Positions 26,708-36,277 of a stretch of 42,972 bases of DNA are shown one piece after another (positions within the stretch are counted from its first letter, which is position 1; the number at the start of each line of letters is the position of its first letter). A program made the position numbers and the translations under genes. Source of the stretch: Candidatus Woesearchaeota archaeon. Its GTDB lineage: Archaea > Nanobdellota > Nanobdellia > Pacearchaeales > GW2011-AR1. The DNA is taken from contig CAZRJP010000002.1 in NCBI GenBank assembly GCA_964600865.1, positions 1 to 42,972 on the forward strand, written 5' to 3'. Under the pieces are notes generated by a model. The model saw only the letters and a program-made list of their open reading frames with translations. It was not told the DNA's origin and ran no database searches.

Positions 26708-27451
26708 CTACATCCATCCTCTTTTATACATTCCTTTATCCTTTATCACAAAACTAATTTCTTTTTTAGGTAAACTTCTATGCTTTAACAACACTGCCTT
26801 TCTTTTTCCTCTCTCATTTTTAAATTCAATAATACACTTACTCCAATATTTAAATAAATCTCCTCCAACAATATTTGTTCCAGGTTTTATTCCTTTTTGC
26901 CAATCCTCTTTTGAAATAAATTCCTTATAAACCTGATTAGTTATTAAAACAGGTATCTTTTGCTTTCTTGATATTTCTGCAAGAGTCCTCATTTGAGATG
27001 CCATCTCTCTATTAACATTTTTTATCTGAAAATCATCTTCTTTCTTAGCTCCTTCAGCTAATTTTAATCTATAAAGCATAGCCATCCCATCAACAACAAT
27101 CAATGTTGCATGAGTATTTTTTAATTTTTCAAGTAATTTAGAAAACACTTCTTTTTGTTCTTTAAAATTAGTTGGCTCTAAAAGAAATATATTTTTTAAA
27201 ACATCATTATAATTCTCTTTTCCTACTATTTGTCTTACTCTTTCTGTAGAAAATCCTCCCTCAGTGTCTATAAAAATCACTTTATTCTCTTTCTTGGCCT
27301 GACTACACGCAACAGATATAGCAAAATTTGTTTTTCCTGATCCTGCAGGCCCTGCTAACATTGTAATTATATCTTTTTCATAACCTCCATGAAGCCACTT
27401 ATTAAAATCATAGCTTCCTGTAGAAATCCTCTCTGTTTTCTTAATTGTCAT
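26708..27451 (-). CDS. radB: DNA repair and recombination protein RadB
   Basis: It is a short RecA-family protein with Walker A 'GPAGSGKTNFA' and Walker B 'TLIVVDG'. It lacks the N-terminal HhH domain found in RadA. Confidence 0.85.
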   Translation of the reverse strand: MTIKKTERISTGSYDFNKWLHGGYEKDIITMLAGPAGSGKTNFAISVACSQAKKENKVIFIDTEGGFSTERVRQIVGKENYNDVLKNIFLLEPTNFKEQKEVFSKLLEKLKNTHATLIVVDGMAMLYRLKLAEGAKKEDDFQIKNVNREMASQMRTLAEISRKQKIPVLITNQVYKEFISKEDWQKGIKPGTNIVGGDLFKYWSKCIIEFKNERGKRKAVLLKHRSLPKKEISFVIKDKGMYKRGWM

Positions 27452-27510
27452 ATAAAATAGTACTCTATAAACTTAATAAGAATTATTATACAAAAAAACC
27501 ATTAAAAGGC

Positions 27511-27768
27511 CTACTTCATCTCTTTAAATTCTGATGCAGTTTCATCCAAATCCTTAATTATTGCATCTACTGCTTTCTTAACTGCTTTCTTAGGTTTTTT
27601 ACCTTCAACTAAAAGAATAGGATTCTTATCTGGATGTTCTCTTCTCCAAACTGCAATATCTATATCTGAATTCTTATTCAAATAAACTCTAAGAATTTCA
27701 GCCATAGTAACACTGCTGATTTCAACCTTAAGTTTTCCCTTCTCTGATTCAAGTATTTTTATTTCCAT
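27511..27768 (-). CDS. rpoL: DNA-directed RNA polymerase subunit L (Rpo11)
   Basis: This 85-aa protein has 'VTMAEILRVYLNKNSDIDIAVWRREHPDKNPILLVEG', which fits the RpoL/Rpb11 pattern. Confidence 0.8.
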   Translation of the reverse strand: MEIKILESEKGKLKVEISSVTMAEILRVYLNKNSDIDIAVWRREHPDKNPILLVEGKKPKKAVKKAVDAIIKDLDETASEFKEMK

Positions 27769-27816
27769 AATATAATCTCTACAATAAGAAATCTTAAACT
27801 TAATTTATAAAGGTTT

Positions 27817-28131
27817 TTATTCTAGCTTTTTTAAAGGAATTATCTGAACGTAATTATATCCCTTCATATTTTCTTTTTCAACCCTTATTTTTCCCTTTCT
27901 AGAATAAATAACACATGCAGAAACATCCCTTATTTTCCCATTCCTACGAAGAATTTCTTGTTTTAAATTGCTAGGCCTTACCTTATCTAATCTCTGGTAA
28001 AATTTATTATCCTTAAATCCTAATAAAGATTCATCAAAACAATATCCAAAATCCTCTTCAAGAATTTCTTCAGAAACATTGCCAAAAACAACAAAATCTC
28101 TTGTTTTATTTCTCATTCTATCCTCTTCCAA
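27817..28131 (-). CDS. Hypothetical protein
   Basis: This 104-aa ORF is in the same-strand gene run. The alternative start at 28116 would remove the 14-nt overlap with the upstream gene. Confidence 0.4.
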   Translation of the reverse strand: MEEDRMRNKTRDFVVFGNVSEEILEEDFGYCFDESLLGFKDNKFYQRLDKVRPSNLKQEILRRNGKIRDVSACVIYSRKGKIRVEKENMKGYNYVQIIPLKKLE

Positions 28132-29116
28132 AAATCAGGTCATCTATTTCCTTTTGAGAAAGTTCTTCTTTCTTCTTAGATTGTTTTTTCTGAGATACTA
28201 TCTCCACACTTTTATTTGATTTAACTCCATCATCCTCTTTTTCTTCCTCTTCTTCCCCAGAAATATCCGTGCTCATTTCAAAAGAAGTATCCTCCATTTG
28301 AACTGGCATATCATCTGAATCTGCACTCTCTCTATCTGTATTTTCAACCTGACTAATATCTCCTAAGGCATCCATTTCATTAGAACTTCCAATCTCTTCA
28401 AAATAAACCCCTTTTTCTTCTTGTTCTTCTTTTTCTTTTTTATTTATTAACTTAGAAACAAATCTTCTCCAATAAGGGGTTTTTTTCTTACTAACAACCT
28501 TATCTTTTTTCATATCTTTTAAATCAGATATAGTTATTGTTTTAGCAGACATTTCATCAAAACCCAACTGCTTTTTTCTTCTCTTCAACTTTTTATCAAC
28601 CTCAGGCCTAATTATCCTTATACCTAAATAATTCTCTAATTTTTTAACAAGATCATATCCTTCTGGAACAATCCCTTTTTCTGCCATTTTAATTACTTTT
28701 TCAGGCTCATTTATCTTTTTAGCAAGTTGAGAAGTAGTCAATTTTTTATTTCTTCTTCCTCTTAAAATTACCCAATGAAAATTATCCACTAAATCTTCTC
28801 TTTTCTTTTTCTTTTTTTTCTTAACAAAACTATCAAATTTTTTATCCACTAAATTTCTTAAATTTGTTTCCTGTTCATTTAATTCTTCTTTTTCCTCTGA
28901 AACATTTTTTTTATGCTTTTTCGCATTAATCCCTGAAAGCCTAGACAACCTCTGATAATTACTCTTATCTCTTTCTGGTGCAGGACTCTTCGGCTTATTT
29001 AAATGGACATTCTCTGCAGACATACAATCATTACAAAGTTTAACGATTCCTTCTCCAGAAATAACATCAACTAATTTTTTTTCTCTTTCAGATACTCCAC
29101 AATTAGAACATTTCAT
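28118..29116 (-). CDS. MBF1-like protein: N-terminal zinc ribbon + XRE-type HTH + long charged tail
   Basis: From ATG 29116, it has 'CSNCG...LCNDC' and the HTH 'LRGRRNKKLTTSQLAKKINEPEKVIKMAEKGIVP...LVKKLENYLGIRI'. The C-terminal ~150 aa are K-rich and then strongly acidic. Confidence 0.55.
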   Translation of the reverse strand: MKCSNCGVSEREKKLVDVISGEGIVKLCNDCMSAENVHLNKPKSPAPERDKSNYQRLSRLSGINAKKHKKNVSEEKEELNEQETNLRNLVDKKFDSFVKKKKKKKREDLVDNFHWVILRGRRNKKLTTSQLAKKINEPEKVIKMAEKGIVPEGYDLVKKLENYLGIRIIRPEVDKKLKRRKKQLGFDEMSAKTITISDLKDMKKDKVVSKKKTPYWRRFVSKLINKKEKEEQEEKGVYFEEIGSSNEMDALGDISQVENTDRESADSDDMPVQMEDTSFEMSTDISGEEEEEKEDDGVKSNKSVEIVSQKKQSKKKEELSQKEIDDLIFGRG

Positions 29117-29176
29117 ATCTTTAAAATGCTCCAAGCCTTTTTTAATATTTATGTAATAAATATTATACAATAAAGA

Positions 29177-29836
29177 TTATACATAAAAAACAGGTGATTC
29201 CTTCAAAAGGGATTCAATCTCTTTTATATTCTTTGGATTTTCAATTTTCTCTCCATTAACCACTAAGGTTAAGGGTTGTTTGATATCATACTTATCTTTT
29301 AATCTATCCATTAATTCACTCTCAAGATTAACATCAAAGGAATATATTACTAATTCTTCATGCCTATTAACAACAGTATCTAGTAATCTTCCAAGCTCCT
29401 CACTTTCATCCACATAATCTCTCTCATTTGAGTAAAAAAACAAGATAGTATTGATATTATAATTACACCTTTCATTTAATGTTCTAACAAAATCAAAATG
29501 TTCTAATTCTATAAGAGTATAAAACTTTTTTCTAGAAAGAACCCTCTTATCATTCTTACCTAATTTTCTTTCTAAATCATCTATAACTCTTCCCTGAAAA
29601 CCTAATGATTCTGAAATCTCCTTAAAAGATTCTTTTGAACATAAATCAGTACTAAACATATTATATTTAATTTTATTTTCAAAAATTTCATATGCAGTAT
29701 CTTGTTGAAGATTAGTCACCCTTTCGAATTCTAAATAAGAAAGAGCATAGCTAACAAAAAAAACCCCTAAAAAAACAACTGTTCCTATAATAAATGCTAA
29801 AAAGTATCTCTTTTTACTTTGTATCTTCCTTGCCAT
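29177..29836 (-). CDS. Membrane-anchored hypothetical protein
   Basis: It has an N-terminal TM 'YFLAFIIGTVVFLGVFFVSYAL' and a soluble domain of unknown family. Confidence 0.45.
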   Translation of the reverse strand: MARKIQSKKRYFLAFIIGTVVFLGVFFVSYALSYLEFERVTNLQQDTAYEIFENKIKYNMFSTDLCSKESFKEISESLGFQGRVIDDLERKLGKNDKRVLSRKKFYTLIELEHFDFVRTLNERCNYNINTILFFYSNERDYVDESEELGRLLDTVVNRHEELVIYSFDVNLESELMDRLKDKYDIKQPLTLVVNGEKIENPKNIKEIESLLKESPVFYV

Positions 29837-29866
29837 ATTATAATTTATATTTTAAATCTTTTAAAA

Positions 29867-31111
29867 TTATCTCCAATTTACTTCTTTACTAAATAATGCA
29901 TATACAATAGAAACTATCCACCAAAAACCAAATAAAATTGCAAAAAACAAAAAGAATAAAATAAGACTCAAATACTTACCAGGAATCTTTCCAACATTCT
30001 TTTTAGCATAATGAATATAACAAAAAAGAAATATCATAAATACTCCTATAAAGATTACAACCGGGTTACTAAAAAACAAAAAGAGTGTTCTCTCTAAAGA
30101 AAATAAACTAGTATTCAATATACTAAAAAAATCAAAATCAATATTTTGAAAAAACAGAATATTCTCATAAACATTAACAAGTGTTCTAATAAATAAATAA
30201 GAGGTAGTAAAAACTGCAAAAATTATACTTATCCAGGCAATAGGCATTACAAACATCCCTAAATCACCATATTTCTTGCTAAAAATTTTTCTATAATCCA
30301 ATGTATTTTTAATCAAACCAAAATACCATCTTCTCCTTTGTACTAATAATTCCTTAAATTTAGAAGGAGCAATAGTGTAGGCAGGTGCATTCGGACAATT
30401 TTCTGTCCTATAACCTTTTGATTGTATTCTTAATGCCATTTCCAAATCCTCTGTAATATTCTCTTCATCATATCCTCCATGTTTATCAAAAAAAGATTTT
30501 CTGTAAGCAGAAAAAGCTCCAGGAGCAATATAAATAGAATCTAAATAAGCAAATGTTTTTCTCAAAAATAAACCTAATATGTACTCCATATGCTGAACTC
30601 TCTGAAGAATACTTTTAGGATCATGAATCATCATTGCAGGGGTAACAGACATAATTTTAGGGTCCTTAAAATAACGAACCATTCTTTTCATACTTTTTTC
30701 ATGGACAAAAGTATCTGCATCCATACTAAAGACAATTTTCCCTTTTGCTTTTTTTAATCCCAAATTTAAAGCTGTTGCCTTACCTCCATTCTTTTTTGTA
30801 AAAACCCTTATATTTTGCTTAAGTTTTTTAGAGGTTTTTTTAGCTATTTTTAATGTATTATCTTTACTACCATCATCTATTACAATTACCTCAAAATCAG
30901 GGTAATCAGACTTAGAAATAGACCTAATTGTTCTAGCAATTGATTTCTCCTCATTATAAGCAGGAATAATCACACTAACATTAGGTAATTCCTTATCTGT
31001 ATATAATGGTGTCTCTTTTTTTTCCCCCTGAATAAAACTCAAAACATAAAAACTAGTAGCAATCAATCCCAAATAAATAGATGTGTAAATAACAACTAAA
31101 ATAAAATCCAT
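29867..31111 (-). CDS. Processive family-2 glycosyltransferase (membrane-embedded synthase type)
   Basis: It has 'VSVIIPAYNEE', 'DDGSKDNT', 'MDADT' and 'QRRRW', flanked by TM helices. Confidence 0.8.
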   Translation of the reverse strand: MDFILVVIYTSIYLGLIATSFYVLSFIQGEKKETPLYTDKELPNVSVIIPAYNEEKSIARTIRSISKSDYPDFEVIVIDDGSKDNTLKIAKKTSKKLKQNIRVFTKKNGGKATALNLGLKKAKGKIVFSMDADTFVHEKSMKRMVRYFKDPKIMSVTPAMMIHDPKSILQRVQHMEYILGLFLRKTFAYLDSIYIAPGAFSAYRKSFFDKHGGYDEENITEDLEMALRIQSKGYRTENCPNAPAYTIAPSKFKELLVQRRRWYFGLIKNTLDYRKIFSKKYGDLGMFVMPIAWISIIFAVFTTSYLFIRTLVNVYENILFFQNIDFDFFSILNTSLFSLERTLFLFFSNPVVIFIGVFMIFLFCYIHYAKKNVGKIPGKYLSLILFFLFFAILFGFWWIVSIVYALFSKEVNWR

Positions 31112-31674
31112 TATTCCTCCTCCTTCTTATCTTCTAAATCTTCAGCCACTTGTTTCAATGGATTATCTGTTCCTACTTCAATATCAAAGTAATCATAAAA
31201 ATCATCAGTTAAAGTTAACTCAAATGTATGGCCTGTTCTTTTTTTTCTAATAAGTCCTAAATCAGCAAATTTTTTTATATGATTATAAGATTTATTTCCC
31301 CTTATTTTTGCAATAACAGATTGTTTTATTGGTTGTTTATATGCAATTATAGCAAGTGTCTCTTTTTCCGCCTTAGTAAATTCAGAAGAGCCTGCAGCAA
31401 GCCTATTCACAAGATAATGATATTCTTGCCTAACATCCATCTTCCATAAACCATTTTTTTCAACGATTTCAATTACAGAATCTATTTTAGAATACTTCTC
31501 TTGTAATTTCTCTATTAGTTCCCGTATTATAATTGGATTTAAATCACTTAAAGAAATAAGCTCTTGCATTGAAAGATACTTTCCTGAAACAAAAAATACT
31601 GCCTCAAGTGTTTTCAAATCCTCTTTTTCTTTTGCCTCATCTATTTCCTCAATGGTTTTGCTACTAACATCCAT
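31111..31674 (-). CDS. scpB: Segregation and condensation protein B
   Basis: It has 'LEAVFFVSGKYLSMQELISL' and tandem wHTH segments including 'IAYKQPIKQSVIAKIRG'. Confidence 0.7.
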   Translation of the reverse strand: MDVSSKTIEEIDEAKEKEDLKTLEAVFFVSGKYLSMQELISLSDLNPIIIRELIEKLQEKYSKIDSVIEIVEKNGLWKMDVRQEYHYLVNRLAAGSSEFTKAEKETLAIIAYKQPIKQSVIAKIRGNKSYNHIKKFADLGLIRKKRTGHTFELTLTDDFYDYFDIEVGTDNPLKQVAEDLEDKKEEE

Positions 31675-31709
31675 AGAATAAAAAATGTTTTGAGACTTAA
31701 AAAACTTAA

Positions 31710-33221
31710 TTATTTCTTATTCTGTCTCTTTCCAATCTGAAATCTTAAAATAGCTGCAATTCCACTCATATTTTTGAATTGATCTCCCTCTTCTGTTTCT
31801 GTAGAAACAACTTCCACATTGGAACTAATTGATTTTGCTTTTTTCTTTAATTCTTTTAATAATGGTTTATCTAAAGATTTAGATAAAACTAAAGTATCTA
31901 CAGCGCCATATTTTAATGCTCTTTCAACAGGTTTTTGTTTTAATGCAGAAAGTTCAGGCTTTTCTCCAAGATTTCTAAACAATTTTTCTAAAATCTTTTT
32001 TTCATATATCATTTCTTGATCTGCTAAAATCTTTTGAGATTTTTGAACTAATTCTTTTAATCCAGATTCATCTGTGTCTCCTATATCTACTCTCCCTATA
32101 ACCTTTTCCTGAAGATTTGTAACCAAATACTCTCCCTCTAAAAATTCATCTTTAGTTGGAACAGGACCTCCAAGAATAATCCCTTTTAATTTTGGATTTT
32201 TAAAAAAAGACCTTTTTGCTTCTTTTGCAATTCTCTTATAAAATTTCTTAGTTAATCCCTCAGTAATTCTATGAAATCTTTGAGCAGAATTATGAACAAC
32301 ATGAGAATTAGCAATAAAATTTTTATTTTCAACTTCCAAATCAATCAATTCTATATCAGAAATCTCGTGATTAATTAATGATATTTTACTTCTACTTCCA
32401 TCATCAAAAACTAAATCATCTCCATTAATTAATTTGCCCGCAGTCTTTTCAACTATCTTTTCATTTTCATAAACAAAAAATAAATGATTTCCAGAAGAGA
32501 TAATAGGGGGATATTTTGTTAAAGATATCTTATAATAATCTTTTTTATTAACTTTCCATTTTTTCAAAACTTTAGAATAAATTTGTTTGTTTTGATTAAA
32601 ATCAAAACCTTTAATATAATCTCCTTTTTTAATATCTTTCAATTTAATTTTACTTTTATTTTTTGTATTCACAATTGTCTCTGGAGAAAGGCACTGCCCG
32701 CCTGCCCTTACTTTAGAAGGAACACCTGAAGTCATTTTATGAATAACATTTATTCTTTTCCCTTCCAACAATCCAATAGTTGCTTCTTTTCTATCCATAA
32801 CAATTAATCCATAAACTTCCTCAACCTCTAATTGTTTTTTTAATGGCTCTAAAACAAAATCTTTGTCACATCTATATAATCTTGTTTTTAATGGGATAGG
32901 CGGTTCAATTGCCCATAATCTAATATCCTTTTGTCCTTCAGATTCAGCAACATTCCCAGAAAACAATGCTAATCCATTTTTAGGTGTTTTTTTCAAACCT
33001 TTCAAATGCCTAATAATTTTTTCCAAAGCATCAGTAACATTTTTTTTAGTTGAAGATGATTTAATGTTCTTTGCAGTAGATGTCTCTGCTTCAAGTTGCC
33101 TTTGGGCTGCATTAACATCATAACCTGCAGAAACATAAACTGAAATAAGCTCAGTATGTCTCCCTCTATATTCACTTAATTCCTCAACAATCTCTTCAAG
33201 TTCATCTTTATCTAATGGCAT
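31710..33221 (-). CDS. prf1: Peptide chain release factor aRF1, interrupted by a mini-intein
   Basis: It has NIKS ('TAKNIKSS'), YxCxxxF ('LYRCDKDF') and GGQ ('VRAGGQ'). After GGQ comes a 135-aa insert, and then 'SAQRFHRI' resumes the conserved aRF1 sequence. Confidence 0.9.
   Translation of the reverse strand: MPLDKDELEEIVEELSEYRGRHTELISVYVSAGYDVNAAQRQLEAETSTAKNIKSSSTKKNVTDALEKIIRHLKGLKKTPKNGLALFSGNVAESEGQKDIRLWAIEPPIPLKTRLYRCDKDFVLEPLKKQLEVEEVYGLIVMDRKEATIGLLEGKRINVIHKMTSGVPSKVRAGGQCLSPETIVNTKNKSKIKLKDIKKGDYIKGFDFNQNKQIYSKVLKKWKVNKKDYYKISLTKYPPIISSGNHLFFVYENEKIVEKTAGKLINGDDLVFDDGSRSKISLINHEISDIELIDLEVENKNFIANSHVVHNSAQRFHRITEGLTKKFYKRIAKEAKRSFFKNPKLKGIILGGPVPTKDEFLEGEYLVTNLQEKVIGRVDIGDTDESGLKELVQKSQKILADQEMIYEKKILEKLFRNLGEKPELSALKQKPVERALKYGAVDTLVLSKSLDKPLLKELKKKAKSISSNVEVVSTETEEGDQFKNMSGIAAILRFQIGKRQNKK
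32289..32693 (-). mobile_element. Mini-intein (135 aa, no homing-endonuclease domain) in aRF1
   Basis: The insert starts with 'CLSPETIV' (Cys1, block A) and has block B-like 'SSGNHLF'. It ends with 'DLEVENKNFIANSHVVHN' followed by Ser(+1). I verified the codons TGC at 32693-32691, CAT-AAT at 32294-32289 and TCT at 32288-32286. Confidence 0.85.
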
Positions 33222-33246
33222 TTTATATTATAAAAAGAAAACTATG

Positions 33247-35661
33247 TTATTTAAAATCTACTCTAAACTTTTTGCCTTGTTTTATTTTTATAGAATGAGT
33301 CACATTCTTTAGGTCTTCTAACAATCCCTTTTTAATAAGACTATAATCTTTCTTTGTAAGAGTCAACTCAATATCAGAATTCATGGATTTTTTTGCCTCT
33401 GTTTTCTTTTGCCTTACTTTAGTTATAATCTCTATTAATTTTTCCCAAACAGGCTTATTAAATTCCTTATCAGGTAATTTTAATTCCTTAATTTCAGGCC
33501 AAGAAGAAATGTGAATACTTTTTTCCTTTTCATGTCCTTTATCCTTAAAATGCTCTTGATAAATTTCTTCAGTAATAAATGGCATTATTGGTGCAATCAT
33601 TTTAACAACAACTAATAATGATTTATAAAGAGTATATTGTGCAGATTTTTTACTGTTTCCTTTACCTTGATAAACTCTCTTTTTAACAATCTCAAGATAA
33701 TTATCACAAAAATCACTCCAGAAAAAGTGTTCAACCTTTTGCTTGGCTTTTGAAAGTTCATACTTTTCAAAATCATTTGTCACTTTTTGTATTAGCAATC
33801 CTACCTTAGTCAAAAACAACTCATCAATTTTTTCTAATTTACTATGCTTTTTTTTATCAAAATCCTCTAAATTCATAAAAACAAATTTTGAGGCATTAAG
33901 CAATTTTCTAATTAACTTTTTTCCTGTGATTAAATCCTTATCTGAAAAAGATGTTGCCACTCCTGGACCAATTGAGGCAGAAAGATATCTTAATGCATCT
34001 GCACCATGTTCTTCAATGACCTCTGTAGGAGAGATTCCATTTCCTCTTGATTTTGACATTTTGTGCCCATCTCTTCCTAGAATCCACCCATTAATGTAAA
34101 CATTTTTCCAAGGATTTTTATTGTAATGCAACTGAGATTTTACAATAGTATTAAAATCCCAAAAAGTGATTATGTCTTGTCCGTTTCTCCTTATATCAAA
34201 AGGCTTATCTTTAATCTTATCATAGATTTTTGTCTCTTTTAATAAATCTTTAACAATCGTTGGAGTAAGTGCTGAAGTTGCCCATGTATTCATAATGTCT
34301 TTTTCAGGGACAAAATCATTAGAATCACACTTAGGATTAGGACATTCTTCAACAGGGGGTTTAGATTCAAGAGGGTCTATAGGCAAATCTTTTTCATTTG
34401 CTAAAATAACCTCATCACACTTAGCACAATACCAAACAGGAAAAGGAATACCAAAAGGTATTTGCCTAGAAATACACCAATCCCATTTTAAACCCTTAAC
34501 CCAATTATTATACCTATTAATCATATTGTCGGGAATCCATTCTATCTTTTCTCCCCATTTCAACATCTTCTCCTTTAAATCCAAATATTTAATGAACCAT
34601 TGTTTTTTGTTGATAAATTCTATTTCTGTTCCACATCTTTCACAAACATTTACTGGATGTGTAATTTTTTCCTGATTAATTAAAAGCCCTTTTTTCTTCA
34701 AGTCCTCTAAAATTGCTTTTCTCGCTTCCTTAATTTTCATTCCCTTGTACTTTCCTGCTATATCCCTCATCTCTCCTTCTGAGGTTATTGCTTCTTTTAT
34801 TGGAAGATTGTATTGTTTCTGCCATTCCATATCTGTCTGGTCCCCAAATGTAGCACAGTAAGCAATGCCTGTTCCTTTTTCCATATCTACTTCTTCATCT
34901 TCTAAAATAGGTACTTCAATATCAAACAAAGGAATTTTTGCTTTTTTTCCTTTCAAATGCTTGTATCTTTTATCTTTAGGATTGTAAAAAACAGCAACAC
35001 TTGCAGGAAATAATTCTGGTCTTGTTGTAGAAATAATTAAATCCTCTCCATCTGCTTTTATTTTAATATCATTAAAAGTACTCTGAACATCTTTATCCTC
35101 TAATTCTACTTGTGCAATTGTAGTCTGACAATTAGGGCACCATAAAGCAGGAGCATCTATTCTATATTCTCTTCCTTGATTATAAAGATCAATAAAACTT
35201 TTTTGAGAAATTCTCCTAGCTCTTTCACCAATTGTCGAATAAAATATATCAAAATCTGCAGAAATTCCTAATCTTTTAACCTGCCTTAAAAATTCTGGAA
35301 TATATTTTTCTTTAATTGTTTTTAGAGATAATTCAATAAAATCCTCTCTTTTCATTTTTTTAGAATCTACTTTATTTTCCTTTTCTACAAGTTTTAAGGT
35401 AGGCAGACCATTATTGTCAGTTCCAAACGGATTCAAAACATTAAACCCTTGCATTCTCTTAAACCTAACAAAAAAATCCTGTTGTGAGTCTCCAAAAGCA
35501 TGTCCCATGTGAAGGTCTCCACTTATTGTTGGTGGAGGAGTATCAACAGAAAAAACCTTTTTACTATCCTCTTCAGAATCAAATTTGTAAATATCATTCT
35601 TCTCCCAATACTTCATCCATTTATTTTCTATTTTCTTAAAATTAAACTTCTTTTTAGCCAT
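33247..35661 (-). CDS. valS: Valyl-tRNA synthetase
   Basis: It is a class Ia enzyme with 'PPPTISGDLHMGHA', the editing-domain 'TTRPELFPASVAVFYNPKDKRY' and 'GHKMSKSRGNG'. The 804-aa length fits ValRS rather than IleRS or LeuRS. Confidence 0.82.
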   Translation of the reverse strand: MAKKKFNFKKIENKWMKYWEKNDIYKFDSEEDSKKVFSVDTPPPTISGDLHMGHAFGDSQQDFFVRFKRMQGFNVLNPFGTDNNGLPTLKLVEKENKVDSKKMKREDFIELSLKTIKEKYIPEFLRQVKRLGISADFDIFYSTIGERARRISQKSFIDLYNQGREYRIDAPALWCPNCQTTIAQVELEDKDVQSTFNDIKIKADGEDLIISTTRPELFPASVAVFYNPKDKRYKHLKGKKAKIPLFDIEVPILEDEEVDMEKGTGIAYCATFGDQTDMEWQKQYNLPIKEAITSEGEMRDIAGKYKGMKIKEARKAILEDLKKKGLLINQEKITHPVNVCERCGTEIEFINKKQWFIKYLDLKEKMLKWGEKIEWIPDNMINRYNNWVKGLKWDWCISRQIPFGIPFPVWYCAKCDEVILANEKDLPIDPLESKPPVEECPNPKCDSNDFVPEKDIMNTWATSALTPTIVKDLLKETKIYDKIKDKPFDIRRNGQDIITFWDFNTIVKSQLHYNKNPWKNVYINGWILGRDGHKMSKSRGNGISPTEVIEEHGADALRYLSASIGPGVATSFSDKDLITGKKLIRKLLNASKFVFMNLEDFDKKKHSKLEKIDELFLTKVGLLIQKVTNDFEKYELSKAKQKVEHFFWSDFCDNYLEIVKKRVYQGKGNSKKSAQYTLYKSLLVVVKMIAPIMPFITEEIYQEHFKDKGHEKEKSIHISSWPEIKELKLPDKEFNKPVWEKLIEIITKVRQKKTEAKKSMNSDIELTLTKKDYSLIKKGLLEDLKNVTHSIKIKQGKKFRVDFK

Positions 35662-35712
35662 GAAATACCTACAATAAGAAACTTTTAAAAACTATCTGTC
35701 TCTAATAAAAAT

Positions 35713-35868
35713 ATGGCAGAAAACTCCGCTAATCTTTCAGCATTTGGGGGCTTAATGAAATATGAAGAAGAATTCCCTAGTTTATTTAATCTTAAACCAA
35801 CACATGTTATGTTATTTATTGCATTAATAATAACACTAAGAATATCTTTAGGAGTGATATTTACTTAA
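35713..35868 (+). CDS. secG: Preprotein translocase subunit Sec61-beta (archaeal SecG); not in the ORF track
   Basis: The 51-aa translation is MAENSANLSAFGGLMKYEEEFPSLFNLKPTHVMLFIALIITLRISLGVIFT. It has the 'GL.+Y' motif followed by a C-terminal tail-anchor TM. The stop lies 1 nt before the nac ATG. Confidence 0.6.
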   Translation: MAENSANLSAFGGLMKYEEEFPSLFNLKPTHVMLFIALIITLRISLGVIFT

Positions 35869-35869
35869 A

Positions 35870-36211
35870 ATGATTCCAGGACTAGGTGGTTTAGGCGGAG
35901 GTCTAAATCCAAAAAAAATGCAGGCAGTTATGAAAAAAATGGGTATTGATCAAGATGAAATTCCTGCAAAAGAAGTCATAATTAAAAAAGAAGATGGGAG
36001 TGAAATCCAAATAACAAATCCTTCTGTTACTAAAATAACTATGAAAGGGCAAGAGACATTTCAAATAGCAGGAGATATTTCTGAAAAACAAGGAATTAGC
36101 GAGGAAGACATTAAAACAATAATAGATAAAACAGGGTGTAGTGAAGAAAAAGCAAAAAAAACCCTAAAAGAAACAGAAGATTTAGCTGAATCAATCATGA
36201 AACTCTCTTAA
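35870..36211 (+). CDS. nac: Nascent polypeptide-associated complex protein (NAC)
   Basis: The NAC domain 'EVIIKKEDGSEIQITNPSVTKITMKGQETFQIAG' is followed by a C-terminal UBA-like 'DIKTIIDKTGCSEEKAKKTLKETEDLAESIMKL'. Confidence 0.85.
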   Translation: MIPGLGGLGGGLNPKKMQAVMKKMGIDQDEIPAKEVIIKKEDGSEIQITNPSVTKITMKGQETFQIAGDISEKQGISEEDIKTIIDKTGCSEEKAKKTLKETEDLAESIMKLS

Positions 36212-36277
36212 ACTGGTTTTTTAATAATTAAACTAAAACACCATAATATATTTGAATTAATAATCACTCTCTATTAT

